Source: an uncultured Acidobacteriota bacterium (GTDB lineage: Bacteria; Acidobacteriota; UBA6911). From it: 64,000 nucleotides of DNA. Location: NCBI GenBank assembly GCA_963809485.1, contig CAWEJX010000008.1:256001-320000 (forward strand). The letters run 5' to 3'. Below, one piece after another: positions 30,781-39,696 of the stretch (within the stretch, counting starts at the first letter, position 1; each line of letters starts with the position of its first letter). The position numbers and the translations under genes are program-made. The notes beneath the pieces are model-generated. The model saw only the letters and a list, made by a program, of their open reading frames with translations. It was not told the origin of the DNA and searched no databases.

Positions 30781-30860
30781 CGTTTCGCGTTTCCCGTTTC
30801 CGGTTTCCCGTTAAAGCCTTCCATTCCAAACGCGGAACCGGAAACGGGAAACGTGAAACG
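30781..30860. repeat. heptamer inverted-repeat element C (CGTTTCC class)
   Basis: cgtttcg cgtttcc cgtttcc ggtttcc cgtt / aacgcgg aaccgga aacggga aacgtga aacg. Confidence 0.9.
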
Positions 30861-30865
30861 TTTTT

Positions 30866-32962
30866 TTATATTTCACGGGCTGTGCGGAGGCCGGTGCCGA
30901 TTGCATCCGCAATCAGCAGGGGATCTTTGCAGTCGCCGATGGCATAGACTTCAGGCACTTTGCGCTTGAGGCTTTCGAGCAGATCGTTGTTTGGCGTCAG
31001 AGGCAAAGCCGTCACGATGCTGTCGGCCTCGATCGTCTGTCTCTTGCCGTCACCCGCAATAATGGTCAAGCCTCTATCGGTGACTTCCACGTACTCCTTG
31101 ACTCCGCTTATCAAAGTCACTCCCTTTTTCCTGAACCAGATTAGGAGATAGGCCTGAAGTGCATCCACCATGCCATCGCCGATCGTCGGCTTGGTCTCCA
31201 CGACGGTTACTTTTCGGCCCCGTTTGGTGAGAAATTCGGCAAGTTCGGCGCCCTGGATGGCTCCGCCGATTACGACAACCCTTTTCCCGACCGGCATGTA
31301 AAACCGGGTCAGGTCCCGTATGGTCTCGGGTTTAAAAAACTTCAAGTAAAACTTTAACTTTTGATGCAAAGCCACGCCGCTGACTACAATCGGCTTATCG
31401 ATGCCCGGGATTTTCGGGATTGTAGACGTAGCGCCGGTGGCCAGGAAAACCACGTCGGGTTTAAGCCTGTCGACCACGGAGAGATCCGCCTCCTGCCCGA
31501 GCTCGATTTTCACGCCAAGCTTGGCAAGCTGACGTGAAAAATAATTGATGATGAGCGACAGGTCTTCCGGATGGGTTCCCTTCACAATCGACGCTATGGG
31601 AAGCAATCCCCCGAGCGCGCTTGACTTTTCGTGAAGCGTTACATCGTGGCCCCTCAGAGCGGAGACCCTGGCTGCCGACATCCCTGCGGGCCCGCCGCCG
31701 ATCACGAGGACTTTTTTCCTTTTCTCCGCTTTTTCAATGGTGTTATAGGGGGTGCCCAACAAGCCGTTTATTCTGCATCTTCGGCTTCCGAGACAGTTGT
31801 CGCAGCCGGTGCACGGCTGGATGTCCTCCAGCCTTCCCTCCGCGATCTTTTTGGGATAATCCGGGTCGGCCAGAAGGCGCCGGGTCATCGCGATGAAATC
31901 AACCTTGCCCTCGCGGAGCAATCCTTCGCCGATGTCGGCATCGAGTTTGGCTACAACCGTAACAGGTATGGATACGGCGCTTTTGATCCCTGCGGCCGCG
32001 TAAATATTCGCGGCCACGCCTTGCTGGCTGGCATTATAGGCCTTTGGAAAAGCTTCGACCGGGATAGGAGGCTCCGGGTAGAAGAGGGCATCCGTGAGAT
32101 AGGCGCCCACGTGATAGCCCAGGAAGTGGCTTCGGACCTGCAGGGCGTCGGCGCCCGCAGCCTGGAGGCATTTGGCGATTTCCCTTGCGTCCTCATGAGT
32201 GAGGCACTGGCTGTCAGGAACGCCGATTCCCTGTCCCATCTCGATGCCGTTTATGATCATGGAAACGGGGAAGTCCCTCCCCAGGCGCTTTTTGATCTCC
32301 CGAATTACTTCCATCGCGAAGCGGGCCCGGTTTTCGATGCTGCCGCCATACGCATCGGTGCGCTTGTTCCAGAAGGGAGAGAAGAAGTTGTGCAGAAGGT
32401 GGCTGCTGGCTGCGTTGATGTCCACGCCGTCGAATCCCGCTTTCTGAGCCCGGACTGCTGCGCTGGCGAACTTGTCCACAATCTCCTGGATCTGCTCCAC
32501 AGTGAGCGCCCGGGGCACTTCGGCGTGAAAATCCCCATCGGACTGGAAGCTGACGGGCGACGCTCCTATGGGCGGCCCGTCGTACATCGGCTGCGGCGCG
32601 AAGGGGAGCTTGACCTGCCAGGGGCCGTCGTGATTCATCTGCATGAAAGTCGGGCAGTCATGTTTGTGAATGATTTTGACCAGTTCGCTGAGGCCCTGGA
32701 TGTATTTGTCATCGTCGATGCGGTACCTTTCTTTCCAGCGCACGCCCAGCGGGTAATCGATGGTGGGCGATTCAACAATCAACAGCCCCACACCGCCTCT
32801 GGCGATGCCTTCGTAAAATGCCAGGACTTCTTCCTGCATGTGCAGGTCGTCCTCGTGCCACATGAGCATGCCGGCGCCTGATTTGACGATTCGGTTTCTG
32901 GTTTTTACCGACCCTATGCGGCCGGGTTCGAGGAGCTTTTGGTATTTCGAAAAAGTACTCAT
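30866..32962 (-). CDS. NADH:flavin oxidoreductase (OYE barrel + 4Fe-4S + FAD; 2,4-dienoyl-CoA/enoate reductase-like)
   Basis: AGFDGVDINAASSHLL, NKRTDAYGGSIENRARF, CTGCDNC...C, VIGGGPAG. Confidence 0.9.
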   Translation of the reverse strand: MSTFSKYQKLLEPGRIGSVKTRNRIVKSGAGMLMWHEDDLHMQEEVLAFYEGIARGGVGLLIVESPTIDYPLGVRWKERYRIDDDKYIQGLSELVKIIHKHDCPTFMQMNHDGPWQVKLPFAPQPMYDGPPIGASPVSFQSDGDFHAEVPRALTVEQIQEIVDKFASAAVRAQKAGFDGVDINAASSHLLHNFFSPFWNKRTDAYGGSIENRARFAMEVIREIKKRLGRDFPVSMIINGIEMGQGIGVPDSQCLTHEDAREIAKCLQAAGADALQVRSHFLGYHVGAYLTDALFYPEPPIPVEAFPKAYNASQQGVAANIYAAAGIKSAVSIPVTVVAKLDADIGEGLLREGKVDFIAMTRRLLADPDYPKKIAEGRLEDIQPCTGCDNCLGSRRCRINGLLGTPYNTIEKAEKRKKVLVIGGGPAGMSAARVSALRGHDVTLHEKSSALGGLLPIASIVKGTHPEDLSLIINYFSRQLAKLGVKIELGQEADLSVVDRLKPDVVFLATGATSTIPKIPGIDKPIVVSGVALHQKLKFYLKFFKPETIRDLTRFYMPVGKRVVVIGGAIQGAELAEFLTKRGRKVTVVETKPTIGDGMVDALQAYLLIWFRKKGVTLISGVKEYVEVTDRGLTIIAGDGKRQTIEADSIVTALPLTPNNDLLESLKRKVPEVYAIGDCKDPLLIADAIGTGLRTAREI

Positions 32963-32981
32963 TCGTTTCACCTTTTTGAGA

Positions 32982-33056
32982 GGTTTCCCGTTTTCAGGTT
33001 CCCGGTTTCCCGTTCTGATTTCTTGAATTTGAACGGGAAAGAACGGGGAACCTGAA
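32982..33056. repeat. heptamer inverted-repeat element D
   Basis: Five GTT cores in 32982-33014. Right arm gaacgggaa...gggaacctgaa is complementary. Confidence 0.8.
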
Positions 33057-33058
33057 TT

Positions 33059-34303
33059 CTAGATAACTCCAGATTCTCTCATGAATGCGATTTGGTTCTC
33101 TGTCAATCCCAGTTCGCGGTAGACTTCGGCATTATGCTCGCCGACCATGGGCGCACGGCATTTGACGGACGTCTCATTTTCCGAAGATCGCGCGAACTGC
33201 TTTGGATACGGGATCGTCGATTGTAGTTCCGGATGCTCCATTTGCGTCCAGAAACCTCTGGCGGCGAGGTTGGGGTCGCCGAGCAGGTCCTTCATACCCA
33301 TAAGCGGGCAAATCGAGATGCCTCTCGTCGTCGCCGCTTCGAGCGCTTCAGTTTTTGTGCGTGTCATGAAAAACTCTGCGATAGGCTGCGATATCCTGTC
33401 TATCAATTCCTGCGTTGCGGTGGCCATGTCGAAACTTTCCCATTCGTAGGACAGAAGGAATTCGTTGGCCATGCCCTTTTCATTCATCCATTGCACCAGC
33501 TGGCGGCAGGTCTTGGCTCCCTGCTGCCCGCCGATCATGAAGAAAAATATGAAGCCGTCTTTGCACGGCCAAACCTGCCGCTGCAGGGTCCCCCGGCTGC
33601 TGGTGCGAAAGGTCCCCACCCGGCCGAGAATCAGTTTCTCGAGCTCCCAGTGCGGTATCGTTTGAGCCAGGAACCAGGCAGCGCTGTGCTGCATGGAAAC
33701 GTCCACATGCTGCCCATCCCCCGTCTTTCTCCTGAAATGATGTGCGAGCATGGAACCTACGGCAGCGTCCGCTCCGGCGTGAAGGCATGCCTGCGGCATG
33801 CTTATGTTCACTGGCCGTCGGTCCGAATCGCCGGTCAGAAAAAGCTCTCCGGCCATCCCCATGAGGACAAGGTCGGAAGCCTGATAGTGACGGTACGGCC
33901 CTGTCTGGCCAAAGGGCGTAATCGACGTCAGGATGATATCCTTCCGGATACGGCACAACTCGGGGTAGCCGAAGCCAAGCCTGTCCATCTCGCCCGGCGC
34001 AAAAGATTCAATGACAAAGTCCGCGGTTTTAGCCAGGTCGCGGAAAATGCGCCTGCCTTCCTCTGTCCCCAGATTGAGCGTGATTGCGCGCTTGCTGCTG
34101 TTATAGGCAAACCAGTAAAGGCTTTTTTCGGGATCCGTCTGATCGTGCCAGAAAGGACCGATTTTGCGTGAGGGATCTCCTCCGGGCCTCTCAACCTTTA
34201 TGACATCCACGCCCAGTTCGGCCAGGATCTTCCCGCACAGAAATCCTTTTTCGTCGGTCAGATCCAGGGCTCGATACCCTTCCAGCATTCTGGTCCGCGG
34301 CAT
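33059..34303 (-). CDS. class III CoA-transferase (CaiB/BaiF; BbsE-like)
   Basis: LDLTDEKGFLCGKILAELGVDVIKVERPGGD, SITPFGQTGPY. Confidence 0.9.
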   Translation of the reverse strand: MPRTRMLEGYRALDLTDEKGFLCGKILAELGVDVIKVERPGGDPSRKIGPFWHDQTDPEKSLYWFAYNSSKRAITLNLGTEEGRRIFRDLAKTADFVIESFAPGEMDRLGFGYPELCRIRKDIILTSITPFGQTGPYRHYQASDLVLMGMAGELFLTGDSDRRPVNISMPQACLHAGADAAVGSMLAHHFRRKTGDGQHVDVSMQHSAAWFLAQTIPHWELEKLILGRVGTFRTSSRGTLQRQVWPCKDGFIFFFMIGGQQGAKTCRQLVQWMNEKGMANEFLLSYEWESFDMATATQELIDRISQPIAEFFMTRTKTEALEAATTRGISICPLMGMKDLLGDPNLAARGFWTQMEHPELQSTIPYPKQFARSSENETSVKCRAPMVGEHNAEVYRELGLTENQIAFMRESGVI

Positions 34304-34307
34304 AATT

Positions 34308-34730
34308 TTATGCTTTCCCCCTGGCTTTCAGATCGGACCAGAGATCCGCAATGGCTGCCTTCACATCCGACGCGGGCGGGTATACACGGTCAAATCCCAG
34401 CTTCTTGAACTTTATCTCGTCGTCCTTGAAGTCGTGCTTCCCCACACCCAGGTTCCCGCCGATATAGAGAAGCACATCGTTCAGTCCGGCCTTGAGGCAG
34501 TTTTCCTTGAATCCCTGGACATCATTCTCGCCCATCCCATAAAGAGAACTCATCAGGATGGCATCCGCCTTGTTTTCCAGAGCGGCTTTGATGAACTCCT
34601 CCGGAGGCGTCAGGATTCCCAGCTCTATAACGTTGAACCCGCCTTCTCGGAGCGCCCGCGACAATATCTTTGTACCGATCACGTGGGCGTCCTTGCCCAC
34701 CGTCCCCGTCACTACAGTTGGATTAGCCAT
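34308..34730 (-). CDS. mamA: glutamate/methylaspartate mutase sigma (B12-binding) subunit
   Basis: DAHVIG (DxHxxG), SSLYG, YIGGNL, GFDRVYPP. Confidence 0.88.
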   Translation of the reverse strand: MANPTVVTGTVGKDAHVIGTKILSRALREGGFNVIELGILTPPEEFIKAALENKADAILMSSLYGMGENDVQGFKENCLKAGLNDVLLYIGGNLGVGKHDFKDDEIKFKKLGFDRVYPPASDVKAAIADLWSDLKARGKA

Positions 34731-34773
34731 AATTGCGTTTCTCCTTACACCGCGATTGACGATCTTTCAGAAG

Positions 34774-34843
34774 GAGTTTCCAGTTCCCAGGTAAAAGGCT
34801 TCAGTCTTAAAACTGGCAACTGGAAACTTGGAACTGGGAACTC
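34774..34843. repeat. heptamer inverted-repeat element E
   Basis: gagtttc cagttcc caggt / aactggc aactgga aacttgg aactggg aactc. Confidence 0.85.
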
Positions 34844-34845
34844 TT

Positions 34846-36309
34846 TTACGGTTTGCCGGTCAGCTGGCCTTTGCTGAAGGCCCAGAAATCCTGAACCAGG
34901 GCGTCATAATCCATCTGCCGGCCTTCCGCCTTTTCCCTTTCCGCTACTTTGGCGCGATGGAATTTCTTGACCTCTTCGGGGAATGGCAGATTGCCAAACT
35001 CCTTCCAACGTATGGCGCCGCGAACGTCCTTAATGCCCTGCACCAGGTCTTTCACTTGCCTGTTGGGGCTGAAACTTGAATCGAGGAATCCCTCTTCCAC
35101 CGATATCAGGCATCCAAGGACGACATCTCCGTCGCCCACTTCCAGGATTTTATTCATGAGCGCACGGATTTCGAGTTCGGCCATTGCCGCTTCTTCATCG
35201 ATTTCCTTCATTTTCAGGTCGATCTTCTGCCCGCGTATGACGTTCAGGAGCCAGTTGGTCGATTCGTAGCTTTGCGCGTGGGATTCTTCCGTGGGGATGC
35301 CCAGGGCTTCATCGATAGTTCTTATGGATACGGCCTCGACATTCCCGAGGGCGGCAACCATGGCTGTGTAATTGGGAAAAGCGAAGGCGGCTCCTACTCC
35401 CTGAGGCATGGGGAACAGCGGTGTATGCTGTGCGAAAACGCCTGCTATTTCCACGTCTTTGTAGCCAAATCTGTCCAGATACTCCCTCATCAGCCGGGGA
35501 GTCACCCGGATCCAGGCCAGGTCCTGCGCGAGATTGCCCATCAGATGAACGACGGAGGTTATGCTCTTGCCCCCCTGTTCGGCCACCATGAGCGCGTCTA
35601 CGATGGTGGTAGCCAGATTCACGGTCATCGGCTGCATGCCCGTAAGGATCCACCCATGATTGTCCGTGGAAATAATCACTCCCCGGTCGGCATAATAGCC
35701 GATCAGCCGCTGGACATACTGGCTTGCGGCCATGGATTGCTCCAGGGTTGCATACTTCTCGTAGGCTGCCCATGAGATAAAGGAAGATGCGGCGATTGCC
35801 GTCATGCCCGCAGCGAAAGCAATTTCGGTTGCCAGGGGATAGGATTTAAGGGAAAGCCTGGGATTAAAGGCTCCGCGATCGACGCTCTCGATGATTCTGC
35901 GCGTCTGCTTCACTCCGTAGTTGATGATCGGATATCCGTTCAGCAGGTTTTTGCCCGTCCTCCTCATCTCTGCCAGGAGGCTTTCCACTTTTTCGAAATC
36001 GAGCTGGCGCGTATAGCTGTCCGAGGTCACCGGGATGAAAGGCACTCCTGATTCAACCAGCTTTTTGGAGAGACTGATCTCGTCTTCAATCAATCCGGTG
36101 CCCGCCCTGGGAAATATGGCGGTTTTTCCCTCGTCGTGCAGCCTCCGGGCAACCTTATGCCAGTTCTTGGAGTCCGGCAGTTTCTTCTGATACTCGACCG
36201 CCTCAACAAGATCCACCTCACGGCCTGTCGGCCAGAGGGCAAGAACCGGTCCGCGCATTTTTAGAAAATCATTTTCATCAAGCCGCTTGTTTCTCAACTT
36301 GGTTTCCAT
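34846..36309 (-). CDS. glutamate mutase epsilon-like catalytic subunit with altered active site
   Basis: VLALWPTGREVDL, PRAG, DSYTR, LLNGYPIINYG, EALGIPT. Confidence 0.85.
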   Translation of the reverse strand: METKLRNKRLDENDFLKMRGPVLALWPTGREVDLVEAVEYQKKLPDSKNWHKVARRLHDEGKTAIFPRAGTGLIEDEISLSKKLVESGVPFIPVTSDSYTRQLDFEKVESLLAEMRRTGKNLLNGYPIINYGVKQTRRIIESVDRGAFNPRLSLKSYPLATEIAFAAGMTAIAASSFISWAAYEKYATLEQSMAASQYVQRLIGYYADRGVIISTDNHGWILTGMQPMTVNLATTIVDALMVAEQGGKSITSVVHLMGNLAQDLAWIRVTPRLMREYLDRFGYKDVEIAGVFAQHTPLFPMPQGVGAAFAFPNYTAMVAALGNVEAVSIRTIDEALGIPTEESHAQSYESTNWLLNVIRGQKIDLKMKEIDEEAAMAELEIRALMNKILEVGDGDVVLGCLISVEEGFLDSSFSPNRQVKDLVQGIKDVRGAIRWKEFGNLPFPEEVKKFHRAKVAEREKAEGRQMDYDALVQDFWAFSKGQLTGKP

Positions 36310-36317
36310 CTATTCCC

Positions 36318-36400
36318 CCAGTTCCCAGTTCCCAGTTCCCAGTTTCCGGTTTCCCTGTTTTGATTTCAACTCGAAACTCGAAACTGGGAACTTGGAACTA
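36318..36400. repeat. heptamer inverted-repeat element F
   Basis: ccagttc x3 ccagttt ccggttt / aactcga aactcga aactggg aacttgg aacta. Confidence 0.9.
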
Positions 36401-36401
36401 T

Positions 36402-37628
36402 TTAGATCACTTCCTCATCCTTGAGCTGTTGTATCTTGTCCCAGTCGTAGCCGCAGACATCCATCAGGACTTCTTCCGTATTCTGACCGAAACAGGGCGC
36501 AAAGCCGTCCACCGTCACCGGAGTTCCGCTGAAATTGACCGGATTTCCAACCATCTTGATGGCGCCCAGGGACGGATGATTGATTTCCGCGATGTAGCCA
36601 TTCTGCAGCGCCTGTTCGTCATTGGCCAGATCCGTCGGTCTCAGGACAGGGGAATAGGCGATTCCTTCGCCCTTCTCATCCAGAATTTTCATCCATTCCT
36701 GGCGTGTTTTGGTCTTGAAAACCCCTTCTATGATAACCAGCAGTTCCCTGAAATTTTCGCGCCGTCGGGCGGCATCGGAATATTTGTCATCCTTCTCGAG
36801 GTGCTGAATGCCCAGGGCATCGCAGAAAGCCGGCCAGAACCTGTCGGCCTGCGGCTCCGAAAGCAGCAGCCACTCCCCGTCGGCGCACTCGAAATGGTTT
36901 GCCATCGGGTTTTTCAGGGATCGCCTCGAGGGTCTGGGAATCTGGCGGCCTCTGAGGAGCGCCGTATTGAGGTTATAGGCCTGCAAATGTATCCCCGATC
37001 CAAGAAGCGAAACTTCTACCTGCTGGCCTGTTCCCTGTCTGTCCCTCGCGACCAGTGCGGCCAGTATTCCATAAACCAGAAGGGTGCCGGTCATCTGGTC
37101 GAACACGGGTCCGCCAATCTGCGCGGGAGGCGTGTCCGGCTCTCCACCGAGCGCATACATGATCCCCGATCGCGCCTGTGCCACGCTGTCAAAAGCGCGC
37201 CGGTTGCTTTCCGGCCCAGCAAGTCCATAGCCGGTCGCAAGCCCATAAACAAGCTTTGGATTGTATTTCTTCAGGGTCTCGAAGTCGATCTTAAGTTTTG
37301 CAATCGCCGACTGCGTGAAGTTGGTGCAGAAAACATCGGCTTTGGATACCAGCTCATAAAGCAGCTGCCTGCCTTTTTCTTTCTTCAGGTCCAGCGTGAT
37401 GCTCTTTTTATTGCGGTTTGCGGTTTCGAACAGTATGTTTTCGCCATTGGGCAGCGTCATGGAGGAACCAAAAACCGCGGACGTGCCCCGCGATGGATCG
37501 CCCTTCTCGCGGTCCTCTATCTTAATGATTTCGGCTCCCAAATCGCCCAGCATGTAGCATGCCGTGGGCGCGCTGAGATAGCCCCCACATTCGACGACCC
37601 GTATGCCCTGCAATGGTCCACCACTCAT
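36402..37628 (-). CDS. class III CoA-transferase (CaiB/BaiF)
   Basis: GPLQGIRVVE, LGDLGAEIIKIE, NRNKKSITLDL, AFDSVAQARSG. Confidence 0.92.
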   Translation of the reverse strand: MSGGPLQGIRVVECGGYLSAPTACYMLGDLGAEIIKIEDREKGDPSRGTSAVFGSSMTLPNGENILFETANRNKKSITLDLKKEKGRQLLYELVSKADVFCTNFTQSAIAKLKIDFETLKKYNPKLVYGLATGYGLAGPESNRRAFDSVAQARSGIMYALGGEPDTPPAQIGGPVFDQMTGTLLVYGILAALVARDRQGTGQQVEVSLLGSGIHLQAYNLNTALLRGRQIPRPSRRSLKNPMANHFECADGEWLLLSEPQADRFWPAFCDALGIQHLEKDDKYSDAARRRENFRELLVIIEGVFKTKTRQEWMKILDEKGEGIAYSPVLRPTDLANDEQALQNGYIAEINHPSLGAIKMVGNPVNFSGTPVTVDGFAPCFGQNTEEVLMDVCGYDWDKIQQLKDEEVI

Positions 37629-37645
37629 ATCATCTCCCATCTCAA

Positions 37646-37762
37646 AATTACGAATTACGAATTACGAATGACGAATTTAAACAATCTACTTGGCTATCTA
37701 TCATAAAATGCAAACTGCAGATGTTGATTCAATTCGTCATTCGTAATTCGTAATTCGCAATT
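37646..37762. repeat. heptamer inverted-repeat element G (AATTACG class)
   Basis: aattacg x3 aatgacg aatt / aattcgtcattcgtaattcgtaattcgcaatt; 31/32 positions complementary. Confidence 0.92.
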
Positions 37763-39461
37763 ACGTTGTGAGCCAGCGGAGCATCTGAAGCTCCTCCGGA
37801 CTCGGTCTCGGCACTTCTTCGACGACGGGTGCAGTCTTCAGATCCCACCCGCAGTTATTTTTTATTTCTTTGATCCGTTCTTCCAGTTTTCGAGCCTGCG
37901 GATCCGGGAAGCATGCCACCAGATACAGCTCGTCCTCCGGGTCCGGTTTCCTGAAGATGCCCATAGTCGAAACCACCGTTGTTACGGCATGCCCGCGGCC
38001 GGTCACGTATGCAAGCTGGTCCACGAACCGATCCCTGGACTGATCCAGGCATAGGATGGCCTCGCGGGCGTTGAGCGCATCGTTGACTCCTCCCGAGCCG
38101 ACGAGGAATTTCCCCTTGGAGGTTTTTGTGGAATTGATGTTCCCGAACCGGTCCATCTGGCCTGCGCCGAGGATGCTCAGACAGCGGCTGTTCTCGCCCC
38201 CGACAAAAACACCCTGCATCATGACAGTATCCGTCAGGATTTTTGAACTGCGGACCCCGGCTTCGCTGGCCAGGATGGATTCCCCGGGAACGGGCGTATA
38301 GCCGATCTGACCGTTTCCGGTTCCCAATTCAAATCCCGCCGACTTCAGCTGATAATAGGCCAGAAATGCGGCCGTCGCGGCTGCGCCCGCTCCGGCGAGC
38401 ACCATTTTGTGCCCTTTGCTGTCCACGCTGTTGCGGATTTCCCGGGCCAACGCAATAAGCATCATCTCCTTGGGCTGGAATTCCGTGTCCTGTTGAGGCG
38501 ACGGGACAAACTCGAATCCCGTTGTCACCCGCCGGGACTTCTCTTTAAGCTCGTCGATTCGCTGCTTTCCAAGCTTGCTCAAATAGTGTTCGTGATCCAG
38601 ACAATCAAGGATCCATTCCCTGATCCAATCATCCAGTGCGGGGCCGCTTGCGGAAGCTTCATAGAGAGCATTGAGAAAATCTACATCCTTTTCGTAGGGA
38701 TCGATATCGCTGATGCCTGGATTGGCCAGGGAGAAAGGATGAAGTCCCAGAGGCGCAGGCGCCACAGCCTGAACGGCATAGGCAGGGATTTTGACCAGCG
38801 CCGCATATTTTTTTATGAATTCTGCAGGCACGATCTTCTCAACCGTTACGACCACTCCCCCTTTGCTGGCAAGGGAGCCCCAAACGTCTTCGCCGTAGGG
38901 AGCAGGCAGAATCGTGTTGCCATCGAGGTCCGCAGCACAGCCGTGGACAATGGAGATATCGGGCAGAAGAGCGCTCGCCAGGCCGACTTGGACTCCGGAT
39001 CCAAACGGATCGTCCATTGTCGTAAACGCTGTCGCGTTATCCTCGGCAATGCTGCTACCGAGAACGGATCGGGTGGGCATGAACGGAACGCCGAAAGCAC
39101 CCGCCATAAGCCGCTGCTGGAGAGAGTTCAGCGACCAGTTTTCCATCTCGATCTGGCCGCTTTCGTAAGCGTTCTGAATAACCTTACTCGGGCGTCCGGT
39201 GCCGGAAATATTGGCACACACCGAACAGATGAGCTTCTTCACCAGTCTGCAGTGAACCAGATTGAGCGCATGTCCCGTTACGGTGCTTTGGATCAGCGTG
39301 AATTCGGGATTTTTTCCATGATATTGCCGGATTATGTCGCAAATGGCGGCGCTGGCTCCCCCGATGCCCGAGGCGATATGCAGCTTCATCCCGGGCTTCA
39401 CGAAGCGTTTTACAGCTTCGCGCAACTCCAGCAGTTTCCCCTGTTCCTTAAGCGCAGTCAT
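37761..39461 (-). CDS. family I CoA-transferase, fused alpha+beta (glutaconate CoA-transferase-like)
   Basis: RLMAGAFGVPFMPTRSVLGS, AADLDGN, LGAGQMDRFGNINST, LVGSGGVND. Confidence 0.82.
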   Translation of the reverse strand: MTALKEQGKLLELREAVKRFVKPGMKLHIASGIGGASAAICDIIRQYHGKNPEFTLIQSTVTGHALNLVHCRLVKKLICSVCANISGTGRPSKVIQNAYESGQIEMENWSLNSLQQRLMAGAFGVPFMPTRSVLGSSIAEDNATAFTTMDDPFGSGVQVGLASALLPDISIVHGCAADLDGNTILPAPYGEDVWGSLASKGGVVVTVEKIVPAEFIKKYAALVKIPAYAVQAVAPAPLGLHPFSLANPGISDIDPYEKDVDFLNALYEASASGPALDDWIREWILDCLDHEHYLSKLGKQRIDELKEKSRRVTTGFEFVPSPQQDTEFQPKEMMLIALAREIRNSVDSKGHKMVLAGAGAAATAAFLAYYQLKSAGFELGTGNGQIGYTPVPGESILASEAGVRSSKILTDTVMMQGVFVGGENSRCLSILGAGQMDRFGNINSTKTSKGKFLVGSGGVNDALNAREAILCLDQSRDRFVDQLAYVTGRGHAVTTVVSTMGIFRKPDPEDELYLVACFPDPQARKLEERIKEIKNNCGWDLKTAPVVEEVPRPSPEELQMLRWLTT

Positions 39462-39527
39462 ATCAAAACCTTCATTTTAAAAAATTCAGCTTACTTTAGT
39501 TTGGGAAATTTCGCACCCATATGATTG

Positions 39528-39689
39528 GAGTTCCCAGTTTCGAGTTCCCAGTTTCCAGTTGGATATAAATTGCTTTTGAATGGAGATTTTGAACCGGGAT
39601 TAAGCCTTACAGGATTTACTGCATGGGGGTGATGCCAGTTCCCAGTTTCCAATCCAAACTGGGAACTGGAAACTGGGAACTGGAAACTC
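39528..39689. repeat. heptamer inverted-repeat element H (with extra internal partial arm)
   Basis: Arms 39528-39560 and 39657-39689 (5 units each), plus ccagttcccagtttcc at 39635-39650. Confidence 0.88.
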
Positions 39690-39696
39690 AAAAGGT

